64,000 nucleotides of DNA from Klebsormidium nitens (GCA_000708835.1 DF237429.1:1-64000), one strand, 5' to 3'. Shown: positions 13,701 to 27,308, counted from the first letter of the stretch. Program-made: numbers and translations. The notes: a model not told the origin generated them from the sequence alone.

Positions 13701-15038
13701 ATCACAGTCAGTCGAAAGCCTTGATTGGAGATGGGACCAGGTTCGAATGAAAGCGCTGTACTTTTATCAGCAGGCTTAGCCTCGCTGAACGTCTCCAGTC
13801 TCTCTGTCAAAAGAACAAATCAGAACTCTCCTCATGTGGAACTCCCAGGACAAAGAAGGATACCCAAAAACACTTGCAGCAAACCTGCCCAGGCAGGAAT
13901 GCGTCCTCTCAAATCTTAGCACTAGATGTAATGAGATAATCTGCATCTTTAAAAGTGCCCCTTACCCCGGCTGGCCGTCCCTCTCCGGCAGCACCACCTC
14001 AAACTCGTTAATCTCCTGCGGCAACTGTTTGGCCGTGAACGCAATTTTGTTGCCGTCAAAGGCCAGCAGGCAGTTCCCCAGCCCCGAAACCCTCTGGGTG
14101 GACTGCAGTTGTTGCATGATGGCGCGGCGGACACCTTTGGAAGACACTTCGCCGTCACCGCGAGAAGGGGTCTCCCGGATGACCACCTGCGCAGATAAGA
14201 GGTGCGTATGCTTAGTTCTTCTTTTCAATTGTACGTGGCATAATCCTGCAAGATTTTGTCCATGTATGCATTGTGCGTTGTACTATTTTCTATAGAGAAG
14301 AGACGCAAGGGCAAACGTTCCTTGGTTCATGTAAGTAATCCCATCAACCTGCCTTGAACCTGAGGTCGCCACTGTTGTTGGGTTGTGCCACACGCGGAAA
14401 GGATCAATGACAATGTATGTATTGTGCCAGGGCCGCTGCAATACCAAAACTCAAGTTGGGCTACTGAAATAAAGCCCCTTTGTCTACACAAATCAAGCTT
14501 TCAACAGGGTTGTGGGCATACTTACATCGTGCTGGTATAGAAACTCCTTGTTGCACTTGGCCAGAAAATAGTTCGTCCGCACGACAGCCCGCTGCCCCAC
14601 TGATCCAAACCCGGGCCGCCTCATTAGAGTAACTCCCTTGAGACTCTCCGGCACCTCAAATGGTTTCTCGCCCTCCGATCGTCTCTGGGTCCCATGTGCC
14701 AACGAGAGTTGCCCCAGCTCTTTTTGTGCTTCCGCAGCCCCGCTCGTTGAAGCCTGCATTGCCTCCCCTTGTGGCATTGCAGCTGGGGGGGCTCCGCTAG
14801 CTGCAACAGCACCCCCCCCAGACGGTTGTGCACTCAAGACGCCCATTTCCTCCCTTTGTATGATGGCAGGTCCTCCGGCAGGCCGGTTGCCCTGTCCTCG
14901 CCCAGGGGAGGGGCCTCTCCCCCGCCCCCGCCCCTGCCCCCGCCCCCGCCCTTGCGCCCCCCCAGCATTGGGGTTTGTGGGAGGTGCCGGCCCTTCGCCG
15001 CCGGCTGGTGCCCCTGCTGCCTTCTTTTTCCTCGGCAT
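4752..15038 (-). CDS. AGO: Argonaute protein (N, PAZ, MID, PIWI), ~1000 aa, 22 exons
   Basis: Exons (minus) 15038-14526, 14186-13966, 13288-13136, 12675-12533, 12115-12003, 11485-11379, 10999-10870, 10554-10438, 10156-10049, 9705-9634, 9367-9245, 8960-8786, 8349-8228, 7912-7796, 7546-7508, 7123-7020, 6705-6643, 6381-6318, 6059-5930, 5596-5523, 5286-5160, 4939-4752 sum to 3003 nt. Motifs: RG-rich N-terminus, RPGFG...[26 protein letters not shown]...TQ...[48 protein letters not shown]. Confidence 0.97.
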
Positions 15039-16746
15039 TGCAACGACTTGCACACGAACAGGTCTTTTAGCAGGGTTGACTGCGAAAGGCAGCTTGCATG
15101 CGGACCTGGAGGCGGCTGATCAGCACCAAAGAGCTGAGAACCGAACGCGGAATTCTGCCTAGCTCACCTTTGAAGCTTTGTAGCGATCAAGGGGGAGCAC
15201 CCTGTGCAAGCTCCGCTTCCCCGCGCGAGCAACAGGCTAGCGTGAATTTCACGCTCAGACGTCGACATATTTTCGATCTTGGAAGTTCGTTGCCTTGGCG
15301 TCCCACCATATTCACAGCCATGCAAACCTGTCTCAAGTACCGTACTGTAGCCTTCCACTGGAGTCTGGGTGTGGTTGTTTTGTTTAAAATTGTACCGGTG
15401 GTAGTATGGCAGTGGTACGCTTCAAAGTACATAGTACAGTAGCTAGATACGTTTTGCACGAGTGAAACTGTCACGTTTTACAACTGCTCAAGATCAACGA
15501 TTCGAGATTAATTTCATGCAACCAAGTGGCTGTCTATGCCGTCCGATCTCACACTAACGTGGTTCGAACGGATGAGGAATCACGTGAACCCATCCTGTAG
15601 TTGTGGAGGGCACCGGGCTGACACTTAGGTGGCTCTATTTTGCATCAGAAAGGCTCATGAGGGTCCACATGGACGTTGGTATCAAAATCAATGATTCTCA
15701 AGTTGTACCGCTCTGACTGAACTGTCACTGCCATACTCACTGTACGGAACTACTTTGCCTTGTTGTAGTATCTTCACACAGAAGCTTTGGCTTTGCGTGA
15801 TATTCCAAGCTGACTTTCAGCTAGATTTGCGCTGTCATGGTGTGCTTTTTGCACAGCTCACGCTAGCAAAAAGCGTCCTTTGCATCGGTAGAACATTGAA
15901 TGCACGCACGAGCATCAACCGTACTAGTGTTTCCTTTCTTCCTTGTATAGCACCTCAGAGGCACCAGCTTCTGTAGCAAAGCTCAGGAGAGGTAGAGCTT
16001 GATCGCATGCGCTTAGAGGGAGAGACATCTAGTGGACTTTCAAACGAAGAGCTTTTCCTTCACCTTGGAAGGTGGAGTAGTCGCCTACAGCTCACCTGGT
16101 GAATGATGTGAAGGAAAAGATCGCCATCTCTTTGCAGGGCTCCCAACGAAGCGTGATCGCAAAGGTGCTAGCTGTTAGAACTTCAGCTCTAGATTCACCA
16201 CCTCGGAAACCTAGAAGATCCTTCCGGCACGTACATTGCACATGTCGACTCTATCCGTGCCAAGAATCGCATAGGCTCTGTAAGTCAACAGAAACTCAGT
16301 CCTTAGCAGGTCTTAGCGTTGCTGTCATTTGTCCCACCTTGGACCAAGGGCCAACAAGCTGTGATTGATACTGCTTTTGCACAATGACACCACTAAGAGC
16401 TGCTAAGCTGACCTTTCTGGGAGTTGTAGGTGAGTCTCCTCTGATCGACCACTTTCTCATGACACGCAATCTTGGACCTAAACTCATGGATGTACTACAT
16501 GAAGCGGTCCTTTTTGCAGGCTTTGAATACTTTGCATCGTGTGGTGTGGTTGGTGGTGGTTGCTCAAGGCAGCATCTCTGACATCTTTCCACCTTGAAAA
16601 TGTGCAAGAAGCTTGATCTGGAGGATCACAGGAGCACATTTCAGTTTGCATCAACAATTGCCTGAGGAATCCGCAAAGTAGAGTAAAAAGCTCTATCCAA
16701 CTAAGTACTGACACTAACTGTGCCTCCCCGCCCTTGTTTGATGCAG

Positions 16747-17794
16747 CTTCTTTATCTTTGGTCTCTGCTGGTTATAGTGTACAAATAAGTGGAGGCCCTG
16801 TTGGAGAATTGGTGTGCAAGCAAGCATCCTGCACGTGAGAAACCTGTAATCCAGTAACAAGCAAAGACAATATGGCAAGGCTCGTCTTCCAGCTGCATTG
16901 CTTCCACACAAATGTGTGTCCAATTTCTGACAAAGTCGATTATTCCACAAAGTTTCAATTGATGTATGTAGATCTTTACCCGTATGGAAAGGTTTTGTTG
17001 GAAGAATGTTGTGTTTGAAATGGCTGAGTTTGATGCCGTCCTGACCGTTGACACAATCTGCTATATCCAGGAACAATGTCTATCCCTGGACTTTTCCACA
17101 ACTGCTGTATTTGCTCTTTCCAGGGATGTAACGGTACAATTAACTACGGATCAGCTGTCGCTGTTCTATTACCAATTTAGTGGGGACAGCGTCTTTGCTG
17201 GTCTGAAATGGCAGCAAGTGCCAACAATGGTGTTTACTAAGACGACGCCGCTTGTTCTGAGGAATGTGTCACAAGGCCACCAGCTACTGCAGGTGAGCCA
17301 ATTGGGGTTCTTGAGAAATTTTTGCAGATCATTGGTAAGTAAGGAGGCCTCTACCAAGTCTGATGAAGACCTTGTCACATAACAGATTGTCCAGATTAGA
17401 GGCAGAAACCTCCAGGAAGGCAGACGCCTACCAGCGGCAGGGTTGGGTTCTTGGACTCCTTTGCTCCTTGATTTTCATCGCCGCATATATCAAGTGCATA
17501 GCTAACCTGTGAGTGGCAAACTGGCCGTTGCAGGTGAAGGCCGTCAACTTGAACAAGCAAGAGTCCAGTGTCGCGTCCTTTGAGTGGGACCAGACGTACA
17601 TCTTGCGCTACACCAACTATCAACTGTACTGGCCAAATGACAACACCCCATACGTTCCCGGCCTGTTGCGGCGTATGTCTACTCTCACCCCAACCAACGC
17701 CGCGGGCCCCCCTGTGTCGGTCTGGGATTACCCTGTCCCGCCGCCAGCGAGTCCAGCCACTTTGGTCGAGCAGAGCGGCGTGCTCCTTTCATGA
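16747..17794 (+). CDS. Hypothetical protein, 3' exons only (5' end unresolved), divergent from AGO
   Basis: Exons 16747-16834, 17181-17292, 17534-17794 join in frame through canonical GT-AG sites: SLSLVSAGYSVQISGGPVGELVCKQASCTGDSVFAGLKWQQVPTMVFTKTTPLVLRNVSQGHQLLQVKAVNLNKQESSVASFEWDQTYILRYTNYQLYWPNDNTPYVPG...VLLS*. The last exon has strong coding-type codon bias. No recognised family. Confidence 0.5.
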
Positions 17795-18399
17795 GCCCTT
17801 CTCTTGACAGCCGGGAACAAGTATTCTCTTTTAAGGTAGGAGCAGGGGGCCAAGGGGACATTTATTGAGATTGGTCATCAGACCGATAGGCAACATCGTT
17901 GTTGCTCCTGGCCAATGCAAGTGTTTGGGCAACGTGTGAAGAAGCCGCGGCGGCTTGTGGCTGGCAGCTCGGATCGAATTGTCTGATTCAAAGCTCCAGG
18001 CTAAGCGCGTTGGCCACTCCCCCAAAATTGCGTGATTTTCACATCGAGCGCGAGAGATGTACGTTTGCTTGTCAACCAGCGTGCCCGCTAATAGTATTGA
18101 TCGATACCGACGGCTTGTAGACTTGCACCCAAAAGACCGCGCCTAACGCAGGAAGTGTACGATATACTCGGTGAATCATATCGTCCGGTGGAGCTACTGG
18201 CTCTACGTTCCAAGGAGGTCTAATTTTGATTTTGATTGAAAGGCATTCATCGGACAACTTACTAACAGAGGGTAGGAATCCTTCAGATCGGCCTTTTTCG
18301 AAATGAGTCTTGTAGTATCCTTTCTCACATGTTTGAATGTCCATAATTCAGCTGGATCTCAGAGCGAGGCCCAATTCTTAGCTCATACACTGACAGCGC

Positions 18400-18900
18400 C
18401 CATGCAACATGCTAGGCGGCCGCGCCGTCCATCCGATGATCACTGGTAGATTCATGATTGAAAGCTCCTGCTAGACGGGCCGTCAAGTTTGGAAGTCCTC
18501 AGCTAACTAGCAACTCGAATTATGAATATTTCACAATGTCTTTATGCAGTTACCAACGTGTAATGCTTATACGTCAGGTAATATAATGCAGATCGAGGAT
18601 CCCCTAGCTTGATCGACGGTCACCACGTGGCCGCCGGCCCGCGCATCGAATCATTGCAAAGGATCTTACCGTCTGGTCGTTGAGGATCTCTCATGGGCCG
18701 TGATCGTGACCTCGATATCTAGTCCGACTCGACCCTACAGTTAAGCCAACAGTTGAACAACATCAATCTCCTAAGCTAGCTGGCATCGACGTCTAGCATC
18801 GGCACCTCAAGCCTAAACTAAGCTGTCTGCCACACGAGTGACAACGTCAAATGTGATCTATAACGCTTGAGGGTAATTTGCATGCATGCGAAGTCATTCA
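18400..18900. other. Palindrome-dense intergenic island between the hypothetical gene and SNAPC4 (convergent)
   Basis: GCGGCCGC 18416-18423, CCACGTGG 18623-18630, GCATGCATGC 18880-18889, plus GGATCC, GATATC, AGCTAGCT, GACGTC, TGATCA. Confidence 0.5.
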
Positions 18901-19096
18901 ATAATCAAGCCTGGCAACAAAACATAGCACGGCTTTTGCATTATGATTCAACTACTGACACCGAAAGGGGTTCCAAACAATGCACCCAAGGCCGGTATAA
19001 AACCACGTTCGTCCGGTTACAGCTAGCTCCATCCTATTTGCTGCTCGAACGTTCAATCTTCAGTAGCGTGACTGCCTGAAGCTCCCCCTTGTCGAA

Positions 19097-22000
19097 TCAT
19101 GTATTCCGTTTGCTGTTGCGCAATGATCTCCTTGGTTCCGTATCAGTAAGCCTCGTTTTTCTTGTCGAGGACCGATCCTGAACTAGCTGGTCCGACTTCG
19201 CCTCCCGCGGCGGCGCCTGCTTGCCTCGCACCTTCTCAGCCCCTCGTGTTCCTGTCCTCGGGTCCTTCGATGGTAGCGTCGCCGCCCGACCCTCTTGCGT
19301 TGGCGGCCTTTTCCGCTTTTTCTTTCCGGACGGCACTCCTCCGCCTTCCCGCTTGTCTCCCGCACGCAAACTGCGTTCCTGCTCCGGAACTCGCTTCCCC
19401 GCGGCCTCTAATTCCCCCTCTCGCTCGCGCACTTTTGGCACCCCCCAGACCGCCGCCTCTGCTCGCCCCTTCCTCCCCCTTGTTTCGCGCCCGCCCGGCA
19501 GCTTCCCGTCAGGTGACGTCACGTCGTTGCCGGGTTCGGCATCTGCGGCAGTCTTCTTGGCTCGTGTCCGCTTCTCGGGACTGCGCGCCGGCGCGCATAC
19601 CCGCCCATCGATTTCTGATTCTTCCGAACATTCTGAACCTTCGGTACCCGATACCTCGTCTATGTCTGCCGACCCCAGTCTACTGGTCCGTTGACGTGGT
19701 TTGCTCTCTTTCTCTTCCCGGACGTCTACCCCAGTCTCCTCTCCTGCACTACCCCCGTCTCGAGAAACTCTCCTCAAGGATCTCGTAGGCGACACGCTTT
19801 TCTTCCCATTCTCGTCCCGCTTTCCCGGTCCAACCTCCCCAACCCCACCGTCCCTCTTCTTTCCTTCGCCCCGCTCTCGTTCGCTTCGTCGTGTCCCTCG
19901 CTCCCCACTCCTTGTCACGCGTGCCGCGTCCTGCATGTGTGTGCTCCTCGTCATACGCCCCGGCTCCTTATTCTTGTCCAACTTCCCTTTCACTTTTCTT
20001 CCATCTTTCTTCTCCCCCGCTTGCACAATCGTTTCGTTGTTACCTTTCGCCCCTTCCACTCTCCCCTTCTTCCCCCTCCTCTCTCCCGGCCCTTTCTCAG
20101 CACCTTCCCTCGTCCCTCCCCTCTGTTGCTCGTCACCTTCTTCTCTCCGTCGTTTCCTCGTGCTTGTGACCAGTTCCTGGCGACTCCGGGTCACCCTGAC
20201 CACCTCCGTCCCTTCTTCGGTCCCCGTTCCTTCTTCCACCTTTCCCCTCTTGGCAGGCCTCCCTTGGCTGCCCTCCGGCTCCGCCGCGCGCTTCCTCCCT
20301 GCCTTTTTCCGCTTCCCTTCCGTTGCGTTCCGTTCCAAATCGTCAGCCCCCGAGTTGCCGCTTCTCTCTGTCACCGGCCTCCCCACAGCCCTAAGCCGCT
20401 GAGAGCTTCTTCCCCCGGGGCTTGCCCCCTGGGCTCTGCTTCCGCGAGCTTGTTCCGCTGCTTCCCCGTCCGCTCTTTTTTCCGCTCTTTGATCGCCCCC
20501 CTTCCGAGCCCCCCGACCCACCGCCGCTTTCTTTTTCGCATCCTTCTTCCCTCGCGTCGCTCCCCGCTGCGCTTTCCCGTCCGCTTGCACGGCCCCCTTC
20601 TTCGCTGGCCCCACCCGCACCCCAACTCTCGCGCCCCGCCCTCCTTTCTTTTGTGCACCTTTGCCGGTAGCAGTCCCGACCCCCTCGTCTTTCCTGACTT
20701 TCTTCGAAACTGGTCGCTGCACTTTTGCCCTCCCCACTTGCGTTTCTTCGCGGCCCCCATGCGCCGCGGCTTTCCTTCCCGTCCCTTCCGCCCCTGTCGC
20801 CGCATCTTCCTCCGCCTTCTTCCGCTGCTTCGCCTCTTTCTCCGCTTCTTTCTCCCGCATCCGTTTCGCCCGCGCTTCCTCCCTTTCTCTCCTCAATGTC
20901 TCCTTCATCGCTTCTCTTTTCTTTTGCGCCTCGTCTCTTTCTTGCTGTAACCTCCTTCGCGTCTCTTCCCTCGCTCTTTTCCGTGCCTCTTCCTTCCGTT
21001 TTCGCTCTTCCTCCTTCCGCTGCCGCTTCTCCTGTCGCTCCTGCTCCTTCCCTAGCCGCGCCGCCACCCGCTCCGCCGCCGTGCCGTTCCTCTCTTCCGC
21101 TGCCTCTCGTTCCGCCCGATCCGCTGCACGGCGCCTCCTGTCTTTCTCCCTTCTCTGCGCCAGTCTCTCTTCTAGGGTGAGCTTTGGTTTCGACACTCTG
21201 ACGGCAACGGGTCCTCGCGGCGCCCCTTTGGCCCGAGCCCCTGTTCGCTGGTCGCCTCTTATTTGACCTACTCCTAAATGTCCGTTTGCTTGCGCTATAA
21301 CTGGAGGGGGTTGGCTTGCAGTCACCGGCCGTGCTACGGGAATGACCGGCCTGCGGAGAAACGAAGTTGAATTCAGCATGCGAATGCCAAACCTTGCGCA
21401 AAAAATCGAGGGCGACCTACCTGGTTAGCGAGACTTCTGGAAGAATAGCACATTGTCCCCGACATGGATCAAACTCTTCCTGCGTTGAATTGGTTCTTCC
21501 GATAGTCAGGCCCGCCCAAGTGACTGCCATTCAAAAGTTGACAGTTGAGTGTAAGAGCTTCCGGCAAGAAAGGCAACTTCTTCAATTCACGAGTTGAGGT
21601 TGCTGCAAACAGATTGTAGAATCTCGGATTGATACAGAAATCTCAATTCGAACCGAGATTGATTAAGAAAGCCAGCTCTCTAGTCCCCCCGACACACACT
21701 CCAACTCCCAACGTTCTCAAAAGTAAAAAAGCAGCCACTCACTGCACATGCCGCTGCATAAAGTGCACGCTCTTCCCGTCGACCACCGCCGCGGGTTTCC
21801 CGGTCCGCCCCACGTGCGTCGGCTGCACCTTCTTCGCATGCACCAACCGCAAAACATTTGAAAGCCCCGGTTCCAAAGGCGGAGGAACCGCCTTTGAGAG
21901 CGCCAGGGGGGGCGGTAGCCGGCTCTTCCCCGTCTTTCTTATTCCCGCCGTTTCCTTTGCTTGCTTGGGCTTTCTGCCCCGTTTCGAATGACTGATCTCT

Positions 22001-25000
22001 GTGATTTTCTCGCGCGGTACGATGGCGGTCTTTCGCTTGGCCTCCCGGGCTTGAGCTGCTTCGCGCCGGCGGATGAGGCGCGATGCGTTCGAGTCGGCGA
22101 CGGTCAGTTGTAGCTCCGGGGGGGCAGCGGGCGAGGGAACGGTGGTGATTGGCTCGATCATCTTGTTAGTAACTAGGGCTTCGTAGTGCCTGCACGGGGA
22201 AAAGAGTGGATCCGTTAAGAACGCCTTCAGCCTAAGAAATATGGCGGACGTAGAGGTAAAGCGGGCAGCAGGAAAGGAAGTTGGGCTAGAGCACGCTTTC
22301 TGTGCCCATGCAGCCGACAGCAGCAGGGACAGAAAGATGGAGCCAAGGGCCAACAGGCCGTCTAACCGGCCGTTACACTCGACGAGATCACTTCCGAGCT
22401 CCGCTGACTGGCCTCGTCTAACAAAATAACTCGTTAATATAGTCCAGGTAACCAAGCCAAGTCTGACACGTCGGGTATGCCGACAGCCCTGGAAAAAGCA
22501 ATCCTGGACAGAGCAGACACCACTCCACGCTCGAATAGCCCGAGACGCTACGCCCAACAAGCATTTCACCATTTGCTGTCCAGCGGCGCATCCTCACTTT
22601 CGCAGCCTATCGTCGGTGCGCTTGAGCGGCCGCCCCGCGTTGAACTCGTCCGCGAGCTGCGCCCACTTGCCCGCCCCTAGTTGCCGCACCAGCGCCTCCA
22701 GCCGCGCGTCCTCCTCCGCTGTCCAGGGGGACTGGTCCACCGACGGGTCCAGCACGTTCACCCACCTGCGATCGCGTCAGCGGTGACGTCAGCCGATTGG
22801 AGCAGGAGTTCGTGCTGACGTCATGCATGATATCAACGAAAATTACGGGCCCTTCCGGCGACTTTGAACGGGAGGTAAAGGAACGCAGGGCCACCATTTC
22901 ATCCATTCTTCCCTCAAATCTTCACACCAACATGCTCACGACAAATTGAGAGAAGGAACCAGAAAAGACCAGGCTAAAAGACCAGGCTTCATAGAAAGGG
23001 TTGACCAACTGCAAAACCTAGCTTTTGCAAACAGGAAATTCGAATTCCTCCCGAATCTGCTCATGCCAGTGCCCACAGATACTTTGTTGTATGCACAGAT
23101 CCCACTGGTCAGCACGAAGGAAACAGCTCATACATCTCACATCTTTCTGTATCGGAGATCAATGTGCAAGCCCTTGCAAATCATTCTGTGATACGTGTCG
23201 GGCTCACCTCTCCCTGCACTGCGGGTCCGTCCTTGTGCCCACGACTTCGGCGACGTGGACCCAGGAGGTGGTGCCAAATGCCGCCACTGCGTAGCGCAGC
23301 CGCAGGTTTTCCTCCTCCGTCCACAGCTGCTTACGCACGGGGCCCAGCCTGGAGAAATAAGCGCGGGCGTTTAAAAGGAAGGGGAATGACATTGTAAGCA
23401 CGTGAGGGCGTATGAACGCAAGCAAAAAGTTTTGCATTTGTAGGGACGCCTTCTTAGCAGATTCTCCTCGGCGACCTGTTATCATTGTCTCATTTGTCAG
23501 TATGTCGGTGGATTCGAGACTGTGCACAAGATTGCACTTTGCTGAGGAACTGCTCGTTGACGAGCTATCGAAACGAGCAACCGTCAACAGACTCTCTGGT
23601 GGCACCAGATTTCATGGAAGAGCCTGCTCCAGAAGAGCAGAGAAGAAGAACACGATGTTCCAGATTAACCGTCCGTTGGGCGACAGATCACCAAGGAACA
23701 CCCAGATACATAAGAAACGCGCTTGCTCACTTGTGTCTCCATTGCGCTGGTGGCCGTCCAGGCCCGCGGCGTTGCGCTGGCTCCGGCCGGCTTTCCATGT
23801 CGGGTACCGGTGTGCCAACTACGCCAGAGGATTCACAGGCACTGCAAAACGGGAACGCGCTCGGGTGAACAGACTCCAAGCCAGTAGCAGCACTGCGCCT
23901 TTAAACGCCAAAATCATGTTGTTTGAGCCTCTTTTTGAATCCTTTGTCGGGATGTGAAACATTTCGAAGCACTTTTAGCGCTACTGATTCCTTATCCTGG
24001 GGCCCGAGGACATGGACCCCCGACTTCCACGTCTGAATAGATCCACGACCGGAAGCGGTTCGTATCATTTCTTAGAGAGCAGGCACGAGCAAAGTGGACT
24101 TGCGAACGAGTACCGGCGCTTGGCGTTTTCGTGCCAGAGGCAGTAACAATCAACAAAGCGATATTCTGCTGACTGGCAGTAGGCAGTCCAAGTTCTTGAT
24201 CGACAATATTGCCAGCAATCTGCTTATGATCACTGTCTCTTCGTGTTACACCCGGTTGATCGACGGCTCAAATGGCACCTCACAAAGCTGAACTGCGACT
24301 GACAAGAAAGTAGCACGAAAGCGTGAACGGGAGTTTCTTCTAGGTTGGCATCTTCTGAAAAGACGATGCACCATGTAACGTGGCTCGCACGAGAGCCTTA
24401 CCTTGGCTCGGGCCTCTCTTCTCGGAGGTCTCGTTGGTAGTGCATCAAGCACGCCGCGGCGGTCCTCCCAGTCCCCAGCTCCGCAGCAACCGACACCTGA
24501 AAGCAAAGAGATTTAATATCAAAAATGATGTCCAAACAATCATTTGGAAGATTCTACGCGGCTGTACACGTCGAGCGGAGCACGATTATGTTGGGGACGT
24601 GAGACATATTTCGAAGCTTTTTCGAACTTGACTTCCATGCATCTCGAAAGCCGAGGCTAACAAATTTCGTCGTCTAAATTTTCAGATCACGATAAGATGC
24701 AGTCTTGATAGCGGAGAAGCCAGAAGCACCGGACTGCAGCTCTGCATTCTGCGGGCGCGTCGGAAGACAAGACTCAACAAGGAACAAACCAACGCATGAG
24801 GACGCAGACACGGAAATACGTTCTTAAAATCTGCTCACCCAGTCGTGTCCCTCGTGCTTAGTCACGAGCTCCTTTAGTTGCTCGTCCTCATCGAGGGTCC
24901 ACGGACCGCGGTTGATCCCCGGAGCGCAGTCGGCGGTCCAACTGCACGTGCAATTTTTTTTCACCAGCTAAGAAGCAAGAGCACTGAGTTCGCATCCAGC

Positions 25001-27308
25001 ATACAACAAGCGAGGCATGGGATCTTTGTGACACGTCTGGATGTCTAGCCTCCCTGTTCCGTAGCCAGGACGCAACGTCTGGTCGATTCTAGCATTGAAC
25101 TGAGTACGATTCAAACGAACGACATCTATTTCGTGTCGGACACAGCAGCTAAGCATACTCGAACTCAGTTTCGTGTTGAGCTTGAAAAAGAGCGGCGTCA
25201 AGCTCACCAGGCTTGGCAGTCTTCCGCCGTCTTCCCGACCAGCTTTGCTTTCGTCATCACGTTCTCCCAGTCCAAGGTCGGAAGCGCGGCCGTGATGTCA
25301 TCATCGGTCACTGGGCGCTGCCTCATCTGAGCCATCCCACTGTGCAGTGCGCTCAGTGACACGCCCGTGCCTTGTTCGCGCCCCTCTCTGGAAACGTAGA
25401 ACATTTCGTGAGCCCGGTGTGCCTTTTCGTTTAAAGGGACAAGTCGTTGAACAAAGCAGCCACCATGCCACTTTCGAGCTTTGCAGTATACTTCGGTAGT
25501 ATGGCAAACGTGGTGACGGCCCAGTCACACCATTTGTGTGACCCCTAAGGGAACTGGTGACCATCAATTTGTCAAAAGATTGGTCTCTTTTCTTATGGCT
25601 CGATGAGCTTTCTTCTGTTTCATAAATGTTTCAGATAACGATAGCTGGCAACGTTGCAATCATTGATGCCATTTCTGATGGCAAAAAACGCCAAAACGGG
25701 ACGATGGTTTCGCCGGACTCCATGAACCATGACGCCCTTCCTTTTGAAACGACTCAGCCACGGCCACGGAAGCCCCTTGTCGAACAGGCGCATCGTTACG
25801 AACCGGCAACCGGTCAACACTATATGTGCCTTGAGTGATCAGACGGCGGGTGTGTCAAGGTTTCCACACTTGTAAGTTGATCAAGGCCCTCTTTGCAGAT
25901 AACCAATCCCAACAGACTGTGAACAGACCCTCTGTTAGCCCCTTGTACCAAACGAGCACCGCCAACTAGAAGCGCCCACCTTTGCAGCGCGGCCGTCAGG
26001 TCCGTCTCCCACTTCCCTTGCACCTGCGGCCGAATCGCCCCGACTTGCCAACTTTTACAGGCCCAACAGACTGTAAACAAACCAGCTGGCCAGAATGTTA
26101 ATAGCCTCCTTCTTCGTGAAAATGCACAAGCGGCGCCAATGCGTGCCCACCTTTGCAGCGCGGCCATCAGTTCCGTGACCCACTTCTCCTGCACCTGCAG
26201 CCGCACCGCGCCCCGCAGCCGCTCCTTGTCCGCCTCGCTCCACCGCTGCTCCCGCGCGCATGCCGCCAAAACCGCCCGCACCGGCTGCGTGCGCGCGATG
26301 TCGGGGTTTTCCTCGGGGCCCGTACCATCCAGTGCGACGAAGATCTGGGAGTCGGGGAATGAGTGAGCTTGAAGAAGATCGTTCAGAGAAGGAATGTTAG
26401 TTGAGCGTCTGAGAGAGGGCATTCCGACAGAGATGCCAGTGAGTGACGCCCTGACTAAGTGGCAGAATCTTGTGCACGGTTGAGTCCGGGCGCCGTCCAG
26501 CTTTTCTTCGATAATGTGCGGTCTAATGCAACAAAGACCTAGGCGCGGGGGAGAGGAGTGAAAGTGAGCGGAATATGCGGAGGGAGGGATGCGGATTGAG
26601 CAAGTGAGAGAGGCTACTCTGACGAAAATGAGGGACGTTGAAAAGCTGGCTGAATGCGTAAACATAGGCCGCAATTGGTTCAAAGAGTCTGGAAAGGCCA
26701 GGAAGTGGGCTGTGAAGAGAAGGTTCTGAGATCGAATGGCGGTAGAACACACCGATTCCTCCGTCATTCATCTATACAAAGAAGTTACAACCGAATGAGT
26801 GACAAGCACACAAAGGGCGCCATGGATACTGTCTGTCCCATATGCCGCAATGAATAAGTGATACGAAGGAGAAGCAACCAACTCAGAAACATCCACAAAA
26901 GGCCCCCGACCGCAACGTCGAACCCACCACCCAGCATCGCCAACATTCACATGTCACAAATGCGCCCCTCACTCTGCTGCAGCCGGTGCGCCTCGACTTG
27001 GGTTTCTTCCGCCCGGGCCAATCCAGCCCCGCCGTGCGCACCCCCATGTCCGCCTCCTTCGGTTTCGCCCCCACCTCCTTGCTCGCCTTGACCACCGCCC
27101 GTACCTTCTTTTGGAGCATCGCGTTCGCGCGGATCCGTTCCTGGATCGCCTCGAGGACTGCCGTCATTGACTTCTGACACGCGCGGTTCCTCTGCAGAGC
27201 CTCCATTATGAGCTCGGGATTGTCTGCTGAAGCAAAGGGCAGGATTCCAGGGGCCTCGGTATGAGAGGCCCCCCCTTCCGGAGGGGGGTCTGCGGTGGTT
27301 TGTTCCAT
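19097..27308 (-). CDS. SNAPC4: SNAPc subunit 4 (SNAP190 / MYB4R1-like multi-repeat MYB), ~1342 aa, 10 exons
   Basis: Exons 27308-26973, 26344-26151, 25387-25208, 24941-24839, 24496-24402, 23841-23731, 23348-23208, 22765-22598, 22189-21743, 21350-19097 (4029 nt). N-terminal coiled coil (ALQRNRACQKSM...IQERIRAN), PEENPDI and WSEADKERLRGAV motifs. MYB repeats: GPWTLDEDEQL..HDW..VAAELGTGRTAAAC; LWTEEENLRLRYAV..SW..VAEVVGTRTDPQCRERWVNVLDP; SPWTAEEDARL..GKWAQLA. Very basic ~750-aa low-complexity tail. Confidence 0.85.
25908..26203 (-). repeat. Tandem duplication (~155-170 bp unit) of SNAPC4 exon-2 end plus 5' splice site
   Basis: 26145-26203 (RLQVQEKWVTELMAALQR|GTGGGC) is repeated at 25974-26032 (RPQVQGKWETDLTAALQR|GTGGGC). 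Intronic CCCAACAGACTGT(A/G)AACA(A/G)ACC is also duplicated (26062, 25908). Confidence 0.85.

Noticed and set aside
19162-21401. Many long overlapping ORFs (419, 336, 233, 208, 201 aa)
   Set aside because: Alternate-frame and antisense shadows of the GC-rich, low-complexity SNAPC4 terminal exon.
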